Origin: a virus
Taxonomy: Duplodnaviria > Heunggongvirae > Uroviricota > Caudoviricetes
Reading direction: 5' to 3' (one strand)
Length of the DNA: 64,000 nt
IMG/VR virus record: IMGVR_UViG_3300022561_001209
Part shown: in pieces, positions 9,400 through 17,638 of the stretch
Position numbering within the stretch: position 1 is the stretch's first letter
Layout of the letters: the number at the start of each line of letters is the position of its first letter
Notes under the pieces: generated by a model
Database searches by the model: none
What the model saw: the letters and a program-made list of their open reading frames with translations, nothing else
Told to the model about the DNA's origin: nothing
Translations under genes and position numbers: made by a program

Positions 9400-10257
9400 T
9401 TATGACATTATTATAATCAATCCTATTGTTCCCAATAATATACCTGCATTCTTCTTTAATGTAGGTAATTTTTTATCTATAATTGCATAAACTAATGCAA
9501 TCATTATTACTGATGAAGTTCTCACTGTATTCAATGTTACTACCCCTATTGCTACCATAGAATATCCCATAGCTGCATTTGCCAACATTGTCAGTAACCC
9601 TTGAATTATGTACGCTTTACTATCTATCTCTTTAAAATCTAGTTTAGGTCTAAATACTATTAATAATAATGTAAATTCTATTAATGTACTTAGTAATATA
9701 ATTGTTTCATTTGAACCTGTTCCGCTAACTATTAGTTCTTTTATTATAAACATTTTTATTGCTTTAATTATAATTTCTACAAATTTAAGAATTATAGCTA
9801 TAATTTCTATGTTACTACTTAAACCTTTTATATCTGTTATTTTTATGTTTGTTACCATATATACTGCTATTACAAATATTATTATTCCCAATATAACTTT
9901 GCTTTCTATTACTTCAAATCCTATTATTGCACCTAAGAACAGCGTTATTATTATGTTTGACATGCCTATTAGTTGGAATGTTGTTGTGTCTAATATCTTC
10001 AATGCCCAAAAATAAATCACCGTTGTTATCATATCGAGTATCCCAAACACCACTATGTAAGGTATTAACTTATCTGTATATTTCCATGTAATTATAGCTG
10101 CAAATATTAAGAATGGAATTCTAAATATTAATTGATATATCGACTGATTTACTACGTTTATTTTCATTACCAACTTCTTACTTATGAATACAGATATTAC
10201 TGTTATTAAAGGTACACTAAATGCTATCAGTATTTCTAATATGTCTATTATGTCCAA
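9400..10257 (-). CDS. EamA/DMT-superfamily-like polytopic membrane permease
   Basis: about 10 predicted TM helices in two halves, each ending in an EamA-like motif (ILGTIGLIIIMS). Family assignment by pattern only. Confidence 0.5.
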   Translation of the reverse strand: MDIIDILEILIAFSVPLITVISVFISKKLVMKINVVNQSIYQLIFRIPFLIFAAIITWKYTDKLIPYIVVFGILDMITTVIYFWALKILDTTTFQLIGMSNIIITLFLGAIIGFEVIESKVILGIIIFVIAVYMVTNIKITDIKGLSSNIEIIAIILKFVEIIIKAIKMFIIKELIVSGTGSNETIILLSTLIEFTLLLIVFRPKLDFKEIDSKAYIIQGLLTMLANAAMGYSMVAIGVVTLNTVRTSSVIMIALVYAIIDKKLPTLKKNAGILLGTIGLIIIMS

Positions 10258-10271
10258 CTCCTCTATATTGT

Positions 10272-11179
10272 TTATTTCACCGATATTATAATAAGTAAAC
10301 TGATTGTACCTAATATTATACCTCTTATCTTTCTTAATGAAGTTGCCTTTCTATTTATTATTACGTAAATAATTGCTATGAACAATACTGATGATGTTTT
10401 GACTGAATTAAACGTCATAACATCTATTGTCATATAATCATAACCTGTTAATGCTGTTGACAACTTCTAAAATATTCCTTGTATTGTGTAAATATCATAT
10501 ATCATATATCATATATCATATCTTTAAAATCCATCTTAGGTCTAAATACTACAGTTAATATCAATAATTGCAATGCAGATGTCATAAGTATTATTGTTTC
10601 ATTAGTACCTAACCCCTTAGATATAAGGTCTTTAATTACATATGCTTAATATGTAAGTATTTCCATATCTGTTACTCTTAGTATTATTGCATATATCTGT
10701 GTTTTGTCACTTATTCCTGTCATATTGTTTTTACTTATGTCACTTACTAATAATACAGGCACTATAAATATTACAGTACCTACTACCTCTTGAATATTTA
10801 TTACTTCTAAACCTATTACTACACCTAGAAATAGTGATATCACTAAATTAGACCTAGCTAATAATATAAATGTCATCCCATCCAGTATCTTTAGTGCCCA
10901 GTAATATATTACTATATCTACTGCTGACAGTACTTCAAAAACTAGTATATATGGTATCAGTTATTTCGTAAACACCCAATTAAATGATGCTGATACAAGT
11001 GTAAGTTGTACTGCAAATATTAGTCTATAAACAGATTGTTTCTGTGCACCCAATGTTTTCATTATATCTTTATTAAGAAACACATTAGCCACAGTAGTTA
11101 ATGTTACTACAAATGCCACTAAAATCCCTAGCTGATAAATTCTAACTCTCTCCTCCAAAAATAAAAATAAGCCCATCAA
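10272..11179 (-). pseudogene. decayed tandem copy of the upstream EamA-like permease gene (three frame-broken fragments)
   Basis: ORFs 10272-10463, 10646-10876 and 10961-11179 align in order to the C-terminal, middle and N-terminal parts of the 285-aa protein at 9400-10257. Example: VKTSSVLFIAIIYVIINRK...ILGTISLLIIISVK versus VRTSSVIMIALVYAIIDKK...LLGTIGLIIIMS. Confidence 0.55.
10494..10521. repeat. microsatellite (ATCATAT)x4 inside the decayed permease copy
   Basis: perfect 7-bp tandem repeat, 4 copies. Confidence 0.8.
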
Positions 11180-11219
11180 TCCAGTAAATATTGCTTTACT
11201 TTTTGATTGATTGACTTAT

Positions 11220-11447
11220 CTATTCTTCCATAAATATTAATTCTTTTTCATCAAATAATCTGGATTCACCTTCTAGTTTATAGTAATCTCCGAAATATTT
11301 GCTTTCAACCATAAATTCTTTGCCCCTATTATTTACAACCCATATTATAAATTCTGAACGTTTATTAAGGTTTTCTTTATAAGAACTGTCGTCCCCTAAA
11401 ATAAATTTTAAATTTAATTTAACTTTATCCCCATTCAACTCGACCAC
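11220..11447 (-). CDS. hypothetical small protein
   Basis: ORF. Confidence 0.35.
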   Translation of the reverse strand: MVELNGDKVKLNLKFILGDDSSYKENLNKRSEFIIWVVNNRGKEFMVESKYFGDYYKLEGESRLFDEKELIFMEE

Positions 11448-11466
11448 CTTAACTTCCGCATTGTTT

Positions 11467-11706
11467 CTAGTATTTTATTGAGTATTTCACAACTCCCCTT
11501 TTGTAGTCTATACCATCAAATGTATAAATACCTAATTTTCCTCTGTACATTGCTTCAGAATAATTATCAAATTTAGATACTCTTTCCATATCTATCAATG
11601 GTATCTCTACATACATTAATTCTTCCGTCATAAATCTTTCTACCCATCTTGCTAACAATAATTCAAGTCCCTTTTCATTTGGGTTTACATCTGTCATTTT
11701 AATCAC
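11467..11706 (-). CDS. hypothetical small protein
   Basis: ORF. Confidence 0.35.
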   Translation of the reverse strand: MIKMTDVNPNEKGLELLLARWVERFMTEELMYVEIPLIDMERVSKFDNYSEAMYRGKLGIYTFDGIDYKRGVVKYSIKY

Positions 11707-11751
11707 CTCGTATTATTATAATGTCTTTTCTTTTTAAGTTTGCGAGAATTT

Positions 11752-11831
11752 TGAGAATGGCAGGAATTGAACCTACGTCAACTTCAACCCTATTGGAAGG
11801 TGAGTGCTCTACCAACTTGAGCTACATCCTC
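11752..11831 (-). tRNA. tRNA-like gene with canonical acceptor, D and T arms but a non-canonical anticodon arm (possible pseudo-tRNA; loop CTTCCAA/TTCCAAT)
   Basis: minus strand reads GAGGATG-TA-GCTCAAGTTGGTAGAGC-A-...-GTAGGTTCAATTCCTGC-CATTCTC-A. The 7-bp acceptor stem has one G-U pair. The anticodon stem pairs poorly and about 11 nt lie between the anticodon and T arms. Confidence 0.45.
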
Positions 11832-11988
11832 ATAGTTATACTTAATATTAAAACACACACTAAATTTTTTGAACACATTTAACATAATAAATCAATCACA
11901 CAATAGTAACATTCAGAACGATTAAAAAGTTAAATTTTAATAACAATTTAATTTCGTATTAATTGTTTTAATATTCAATTTGTACTGA

Positions 11989-12056
11989 ATTGTATGACTT
12001 CACTTATTTGTCAATTTAATTTTAATATACACTAAAAAGTATGACTCAATATAAAT
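11989..12056 (+). repeat. two copies of the TTGTA(C/T)TGAATTGTATGACTT iteron-like motif
   Basis: caatTTGTACTGAATTGTATGACTtcac and actaaaaaGTATGACTcaat; same motif as the 8-copy array at 14895-15614. Confidence 0.6.
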
Positions 12057-12061
12057 TTTAA

Positions 12062-12089
12062 ATAAAGAGACTTTTCAGTCTCTTTATTT
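12062..12089 (-). terminator. intrinsic terminator-like hairpin directly after the stop of ORF 12090-12449 (bidirectional A-run/T-run context)
   Basis: AAAGAGACT-TTTC-AGTCTCTTT; perfect 9-bp stem flanked by AATAAA and ATTTTT. Confidence 0.5.
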
Positions 12090-12449
12090 TTAAAGCTCTT
12101 CTATTACATATGCATCCTGTACTGATTCAAATTTGAATGAACGAAATTCATTTTTTTCTGTATCAAAACATCTAATAAGTCTATTATTCATATCTCTTAG
12201 CATTAAGTTCATATCTTCCTCGTCTTCATCATGGTGACCTGGTTTTGAAACACTTGCATTAGAATGTCTACTAATGTACGTATAATTGTTTGTACAATCC
12301 ATCAAACGATATTCACCGTTTTTCTTAACAAATTCTACATGAACCATATTTGATGCTAATGTAGTTTTTAATTCAAAATACATACTACCGTATTCATTGC
12401 TGTTTACTGGACAATCAGCTAATTCCTTTATTAATTCTAATAGTGACAT
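12090..12449 (-). CDS. hypothetical protein
   Basis: ORF 119 aa. Confidence 0.4.
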   Translation of the reverse strand: MSLLELIKELADCPVNSNEYGSMYFELKTTLASNMVHVEFVKKNGEYRLMDCTNNYTYISRHSNASVSKPGHHDEDEEDMNLMLRDMNNRLIRCFDTEKNEFRSFKFESVQDAYVIEEL

Positions 12450-12466
12450 TTTATTACCTCCGAATT

Positions 12467-13081
12467 TTAATCTAAATCTGAATTTTTACAACAATTGTTA
12501 CTTTCACAAAATAGTATGTCTAATAATTTCTTTTCGTTTTCATTACGAGGAAAATCTATTAAGAATTCCTTGTTATATAAACTGTTTAAAGCTATTTCAC
12601 TTATCGTAAATAATTTACTGTTATTGTATCCTAATTTTTTGAAATATAAAGGTTGCACTAGACTAGCCAAATATTTCTTAATGAATACAGTTCCATTTTT
12701 ATCGTTGTATTTATCTATCATTATTATTTTTCTTTGATTCTCTGATGAACTTGTCTTTACAAGAGATTCATCTATTATACATACAGTACCTTCAGTAAAT
12801 CTCTTCTTAAATAAACTTGTAAATTCTTCAAAAGTTTTAACGTTTGGCTGCAATAATAAGTTTTTATGAAATTCAACCTTGTTTCTATCTTTGTCATCTT
12901 CTATGTTTAAAGGTAGAATACCATGTTGCACTATAGCTTCTGCTAATTTCTCATGTGAATATTTTGGAATTACTGTTCCTGCAAAATCTACTTTGTAATC
13001 GTTTAATTCATTAGCTTTTAATACTATTTTGTCTATTACTCCTCTTGCTATTGTATATGAAAAATCTTTAGCTCTTATCAT
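12467..13081 (-). CDS. hypothetical protein
   Basis: ORF 204 aa, no recognisable motif. Confidence 0.4.
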   Translation of the reverse strand: MIRAKDFSYTIARGVIDKIVLKANELNDYKVDFAGTVIPKYSHEKLAEAIVQHGILPLNIEDDKDRNKVEFHKNLLLQPNVKTFEEFTSLFKKRFTEGTVCIIDESLVKTSSSENQRKIIMIDKYNDKNGTVFIKKYLASLVQPLYFKKLGYNNSKLFTISEIALNSLYNKEFLIDFPRNENEKKLLDILFCESNNCCKNSDLD

Positions 13082-13115
13082 TTTGTTTATTTTATCCTCC
13101 CCAAGATGTAACGTA

Positions 13116-13784
13116 TTATGCTTCTATTTTACAGAACTTTAAAATTTCCTCTCTTCTCTGTCTATCTGCTTCTGATAAATTGCCACTAGGTGTATTTAGT
13201 AAATAAGACACACAGGCTTTGTGTTCTTGTGGCATATTATCATATACGAACTTTTGTGAAGGTATACTAAATGAAACAATTCTATTTCTTAAACTTAAAA
13301 ATTCTTCTGTATTAATTTCAGGCAATTCTTCTTTTTTAAAATGTACATTTAAAATATCTACTGTAAATACTTTTCCAGGTAAACCTTTTAAATCAATTTC
13401 TCTTCTTTCAAGTGAGTCCATTACTATCAGTTCTACATTTTTAAAATATTCATGGTTAATATCTTTTTTATCTATGATTTCTTCCAATATATCCCCTTGA
13501 AATATTTCAGCTAATTTTTTACTGAAGTTATGAACTTCTGTTTTTATTGAACCAACGCTTAATTCGAACTTATCTGCTACATCGCTATAAGTATTGTCTG
13601 AGTTAAATACTTCTTTAACGTGCTCAGGTGTGAAATCCGTAAATCTTAATAATCTATACAAGTCCCAAAGAAATGGAATGTATTGATTATTTATTCCTGC
13701 AAATCTTAATCTTACATCGAATGATGTATAGTCTGTTGTGTAATCTACTAATTTTAGTAGTCTTGTTATGCTTCTTGTTTTCAT
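13116..13784 (-). CDS. hypothetical protein
   Basis: ORF 222 aa. Confidence 0.4.
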   Translation of the reverse strand: MKTRSITRLLKLVDYTTDYTSFDVRLRFAGINNQYIPFLWDLYRLLRFTDFTPEHVKEVFNSDNTYSDVADKFELSVGSIKTEVHNFSKKLAEIFQGDILEEIIDKKDINHEYFKNVELIVMDSLERREIDLKGLPGKVFTVDILNVHFKKEELPEINTEEFLSLRNRIVSFSIPSQKFVYDNMPQEHKACVSYLLNTPSGNLSEADRQRREEILKFCKIEA

Positions 13785-13865
13785 TTTAATTTCCTCTCTC
13801 TTTTTGCATATCTGCTTTTAATTTTATTTTAGTTTTTTAGTAAATCTATTTTAGACTTACATGTA

Positions 13866-13950
13866 TGAAAGGTATAGGATTTGAACCTATGTAACTGTTA
13901 CATTAAACGGTTTACCAAACCGCCTCCTTAATCCTCTCGGACAACCTTCC
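13866..13950 (-). tRNA. class II tRNA (long variable arm, tRNA-Ser-like body) with apparent anticodon GGU
   Basis: GGAAGGT-TG-TCCGAGAGGATTAAGGAG-GCGGT-TTGGTAA-ACCGT-[16-nt variable arm TTAATGTAACAGTTAC]-ATAGG-TTCAAAT-CCTAT-ACCTTTC-A. CCA is not encoded. The D-arm and overall architecture resemble bacterial tRNA-Ser(GGA). Confidence 0.6.
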
Positions 13951-13993
13951 TCAATTTATTTGTTTTTTAACAAATTTCTATCTTCCTTATTAT

Positions 13994-14446
13994 TTATCTT
14001 AGTATTTCTGCTACTATACTATTTACCAACTTACCATCAGCTTTTCCTTTTACTTTTGGCATTAATTCTTTCATTAGTCTACCTTTTTCTTTTCCTGATA
14101 TACTCTCTATTCCTAGTTCTAATATTGTTTCTTTTACTATAACTTCAATTTCTTCTCTTGTTAGTTGCTCTGGCAAATAATCTGTTAAAACTCCTATTTT
14201 TTTCTCTGTTTCTTCTGCTAAATCTGCTCTATTACCCTTTTTAAAGGCCTCTAATGAATCATTTTGCTGCTTGATTTCTTTTGCTATTATATCATATATA
14301 TCTTCATTTGTTAACTGTTCCTCAGTAATTTTTCTGTCCTTTGCTACATTTGCTATATTAGCTCTCACTATCTGTATAATATCTTTCTTGATTTTTGCTT
14401 TGTCTTTCATTGCTTGTTTATAATCATTTTGTAATATGTGTATCAT
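13994..14446 (-). CDS. yqeY: GatB/YqeY-domain protein
   Basis: 150-aa protein co-linear with B. subtilis YqeY: ...EAFKKGNRADLAEETEKKIGVLTDYLPEQLTREEIEVIV...MKELMPKVKGKADGKLVNSIV. Confidence 0.85.
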   Translation of the reverse strand: MIHILQNDYKQAMKDKAKIKKDIIQIVRANIANVAKDRKITEEQLTNEDIYDIIAKEIKQQNDSLEAFKKGNRADLAEETEKKIGVLTDYLPEQLTREEIEVIVKETILELGIESISGKEKGRLMKELMPKVKGKADGKLVNSIVAEILR

Positions 14447-14486
14447 TTTTATTGTCCTCTCTTTTTATATTTGTGCTATGTGTTAT

Positions 14487-14570
14487 TGGTGAATAGTGTT
14501 GGATTTTAACCAACGAACCCGAAGGAACTGATTTACAGTCAGTTTGCTTTAACCCTTTGCTTACCTATTC
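14487..14570 (-). tRNA. tRNA-Tyr (anticodon GUA), class II, CCA encoded
   Basis: GAATAGG-TA-...-ACTGA-CTGTAAA-TCAGT-[TCCTTCGGGTTC variable arm]-GTTGG-TTAAAAT-CCAAC-ACTATTC-A-CCA. Perfect anticodon stem; the D-arm is less canonical. Confidence 0.6.
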
Positions 14571-14807
14571 ATATTGTTTATTCAGCTGCTACTATATACT
14601 CTGCTTTTATGTTGTCTGTAATATCTTCTACTATATTAATCATAATTATACTCGTTTTCAAAGATGTTTAGTATCACATCATATTCCTTAGATTATAACT
14701 TCTTCTGCGTCTATTACTTTGTTAAAGTCTTTCTTTACTATATGCATCTTATTTCATCCTGCTGTCTTATTCAATTTATTAACTTTTCTCATCTTTAACT
14801 TAATATC

Positions 14808-14836
14808 ATTATATCATATCAAAAACTATTTGTCAA
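14808..14836 (-). promoter_or_regulatory. consensus sigma-A promoter (TTGACA-17-TATAAT) upstream of the tRNA-Tyr / yqeY region
   Basis: minus strand reads TTGACAAATAGTTTTTGATATGATATAAT; -35 at 14831-14836, -10 at 14808-14813; A-tract UP element beyond. Confidence 0.65.
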
Positions 14837-14894
14837 CTATTTTTAATTAAATTTTTTAACTTTTTTTAATAATAAAATTCCCAAAACTCAAAAG

Positions 14895-15614
14895 GTGTTG
14901 AAAAGTATGACTAAAAACCTTTTTTAAACCTTATCTTTAGTTTATAATACTAAAAAGTATTAAATTGTATGACTTTGAAACTTTTTATAAGACGTTTTTG
15001 TACCTTAAAAATTCAATTTGTATTGAAAAGTATGACTAAAGCTATTTTTTAATAATAAACTTTAACCTTTTTTAAGAATGACCCATTATAAATCTCAATT
15101 TTCAATACTTTTGGTAGCTTATTTCATATATTTTTAAAAAATATCCTAATTTTTATTTTAAAAACTAAAATTTAACTTTTTATAAACCCCTCATTTTTAA
15201 ATACGCAAATTACCTGTTTTAAGGCTATTTCTTTCAATTTTTAATATTTATTCCAAATTTTTGTTTGTTTTATTTATTCGTCAACACTATTATTTTTTAT
15301 TCTAATTGATTTCAAAATGTATTTAATTGTATGACAAACTTATTTATTCTAAATATTCATCTTAATGTTCATATTTTTTAAAATATATTGAATTGTATGA
15401 CTTCATTTTTAATACTCAATTAATTTCAAATTGTATTAAAATGTATGACTTCTTAACTTTTAATTTAAAATCTTTAATTTGTACCTAATTATAGTATATA
15501 TTATTTTATTCTTTTAAAAATTTAAAATGTATCAAATTGTAAGACTTAATAGCTACTTTATTAAATCTTCAACCTCTTATATAATAAAATTCACTTGTAT
15601 TAAAAAGTATGACT
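14895..15614 (+). repeat. array of 8 iteron-like direct repeats, consensus TTGTATTRAAWWGTATGACTT, in a 1.1-kb ORF-free AT-rich region
   Basis: the GTATGACT core starts at 14905, 14961, 15030, 15330, 15398, 15443, 15538 (GTAAGACT) and 15607. All copies have the same orientation. Each is followed 7-10 nt later by a TTTTTAAT-like element. Confidence 0.7.
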
Positions 15615-15641
15615 TAATAATACAGTGAATTTTATTTTACT

Positions 15642-16073
15642 CTAGTCTATCTGTTCCTCTGCTAACTGTATTATCTCTATTTCTTTTTTTAAATCTCTTT
15701 CAAAATCACATTGCTCATCAGAACATTCTTTCAACATATCTAGTGCAATCTGTAAATCTTCAAATCTTTTACTGTCTATGTATTTAGCTATTGTTTTAGA
15801 TGTAATATTGTAATTTTTAATATTTTCCTTGCATTTATTATGTATATCCTCAGTTCCCTCAGGAGGTGCTATTACCTCCAGTGTCTTACAATACATCTCT
15901 ATATTTCCAGATTCTCTCTTAACTAGTTCACAAGTGTTCTCGTCATATTCTGTATAGTCTTTCTCATATACTTCGTTAAATATATTCACTACTGATACAG
16001 AAATTATTTGTGAATACCTTAACATCAGCAGCATATAATTTTTGTTCACTTCGTCAAGCTGACTTACCACCAT
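15642..16073 (-). CDS. hypothetical protein
   Basis: ORF 143 aa with AGGGAG RBS. Confidence 0.4.
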   Translation of the reverse strand: MVVSQLDEVNKNYMLLMLRYSQIISVSVVNIFNEVYEKDYTEYDENTCELVKRESGNIEMYCKTLEVIAPPEGTEDIHNKCKENIKNYNITSKTIAKYIDSKRFEDLQIALDMLKECSDEQCDFERDLKKEIEIIQLAEEQID

Positions 16074-16104
16074 TTGTTACTCCCTATTAAATTATTTTAA
16101 ACTC

Positions 16105-16133
16105 AAATCTCATTATCTATAGTTACTAGTATG
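16105..16133. promoter_or_regulatory. conserved intergenic motif CAAATCTCAT..CTATAGTTACTAGTAT (copy 1 of 4)
   Basis: shared with 41915-41943, 52951-52992 and 61682-61710; lies 30-60 nt upstream of the RBS of ORF 15642-16073. Confidence 0.5.
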
Positions 16134-16387
16134 TGCTTTTAATTACAGTTCAATATCTGTTTAACACAATATTATCTTTACTTAATCTAACCATATGTCG
16201 TTCATCAATTCTGTCATTTTCTTTATTTTTCTTCTTTTTCTTCTTTATTTATAGTTATTTCTATTATACTCAATATATTATAAACTAGATTAGTCAATGT
16301 TGTTTTTGTTTGGTTGTTAGGTTATTAATAGGTATGTTTATATCATATTTATTTCACCATTAACTAATCTAGATTATATCAATTTTA

Positions 16388-17638
16388 TTAGGGATTACAT
16401 TTCCCACAAGGGTCATATCCTTGTGATGTTGCTTCGTCCCTTGTTTCAAAGTATATTCTATTTTTTGGGTCAGGCAATGAACTACAAGAATCTAAATGAA
16501 ACTTATGTGAATTTTTATTTCCTATATAAGTTGTCTCACTATTATTGTTTGTATTTACAACTTCCTTTGTAGGTAAAACACTTTCTTTAATTATTACAAC
16601 TTCTTCTTTAGTAATATTTTCTTGTTTTACTGTGCTCTTATTCTCTATAGCATTAACATTAAAAGTAATATCTCTTCCATCTCCTGTAGCTATTATTGTA
16701 CCTTGTGAATCTGTCCTAAATACTTCTATATTTCTAGATTCAAGTCTATCTAATATTTCATTCGATGGATGTCCGTATTTATTATCTTTCCCTACTGATA
16801 TAACAGCATACTCTGGATTAACTTTATTTAAGAAATTTTCTGATGTTGATGTATCACTTCCATGATGCCCTAGTTTTAATACATCTGCTGATACATCTAT
16901 ATCATTTCCTAAAATCTCATGCTCAGGTAAAAACTCATTGTCTCCCATAAATACAAATTTATTATCTCCGTAAACTATCTTTAATGCTACAGAATAATTA
17001 TTTAAATCCTTATATTCTGAATCGTTAGGCGACAATATTGTACATTCTGCCTCACCTAATTTAAATGTATTTCCAACTTTAGGCGAAGTTACTTTTAATC
17101 CCTTATTACTAATTGCATTAATTACATCCTCATATGTCTCAGTAGTACTCAATGTTTTTGGCATTATTATATTTTCTACTTTTATATTATTTATTACATC
17201 ATCTAATCCGCCTATATGGTCTTCGTGAGGATGTGTTCCTATTACATATTCTAAATCTTCTATACCTAGATTATTTATATAATTAACTACTAAATCACCA
17301 TCACCATTGTTTCCTGCATCTATCAGTAATTCGTTATCACCTTGTTTTACTAATATCGAATCTGCTTGGCCTACATCTATAAAGTGTACTTCTATATTTC
17401 CTTTTATCTTACTTACTTCTTCTACTGTAGTTTCTTCTACTGTAGTTTCTGCTACAACCATATTTTCTTCTTCTACATGTATAACTTCTTTATTTACATT
17501 AGGCTGTTCTTTTGATTCAGAACAACCTACTGATATTATCATTACTATTAATAGTAATACACTTATTAATTTATACTGCCTTTTCGACTTTAGTTTCATT
17601 GCATACCTCCGGACTTGCCAATAATTTATTGTCTTCAT
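16388..17638 (-). CDS. secreted metallo-beta-lactamase-fold hydrolase (ComEC C-terminal-like) with C-terminal Ada-type zinc-binding domain
   Basis: signal/TM (LISVLLLIVMIISVGC). MBL motifs HFIDVGQADS, HPHEDHIGG and LKLGHHGSDTS. The C-terminus (KFHLDSCSSLP...GYDPCGKCNP) matches the Ada_Zn_binding pattern. The start is probably an internal Met, since the ORF overlaps the ftsH stop. Confidence 0.75.
   Translation of the reverse strand: MKTINYWQVRRYAMKLKSKRQYKLISVLLLIVMIISVGCSESKEQPNVNKEVIHVEEENMVVAETTVEETTVEEVSKIKGNIEVHFIDVGQADSILVKQGDNELLIDAGNNGDGDLVVNYINNLGIEDLEYVIGTHPHEDHIGGLDDVINNIKVENIIMPKTLSTTETYEDVINAISNKGLKVTSPKVGNTFKLGEAECTILSPNDSEYKDLNNYSVALKIVYGDNKFVFMGDNEFLPEHEILGNDIDVSADVLKLGHHGSDTSTSENFLNKVNPEYAVISVGKDNKYGHPSNEILDRLESRNIEVFRTDSQGTIIATGDGRDITFNVNAIENKSTVKQENITKEEVVIIKESVLPTKEVVNTNNNSETTYIGNKNSHKFHLDSCSSLPDPKNRIYFETRDEATSQGYDPCGKCNP

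Noticed and set aside
11752-11831. Calling this a functional tRNA-Gly(UCC) or tRNA-Trp(CCA)
   Set aside because: The loop could read CTTCCAA or TTCCAAT, but neither register gives a paired anticodon stem (at most 3/5 pairs), and an 11-nt segment separates it from the T-arm. It is kept only as a tRNA-like or pseudo-tRNA feature.
14895-15614. The repeat array as a CRISPR locus
   Set aside because: Repeats are degenerate and not palindromic, spacings are irregular (47-301 bp), and there are no cas genes or leader. It behaves like an iteron or binding-site array.
16277-16297. Possible promoter TTGACT / TATAAT upstream of the MBL-hydrolase gene
   Set aside because: The two hexamers are only 9 nt apart, which is not a functional sigma-70 spacing.
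17571-17638. 68-nt overlap between the MBL-hydrolase ORF start and the ftsH stop
   Set aside because: The likely real MBL start is the internal Met before the signal peptide (MKLKSKRQYKLISVLLL), which shrinks the overlap. This is not evidence of a fused or frameshifted gene.
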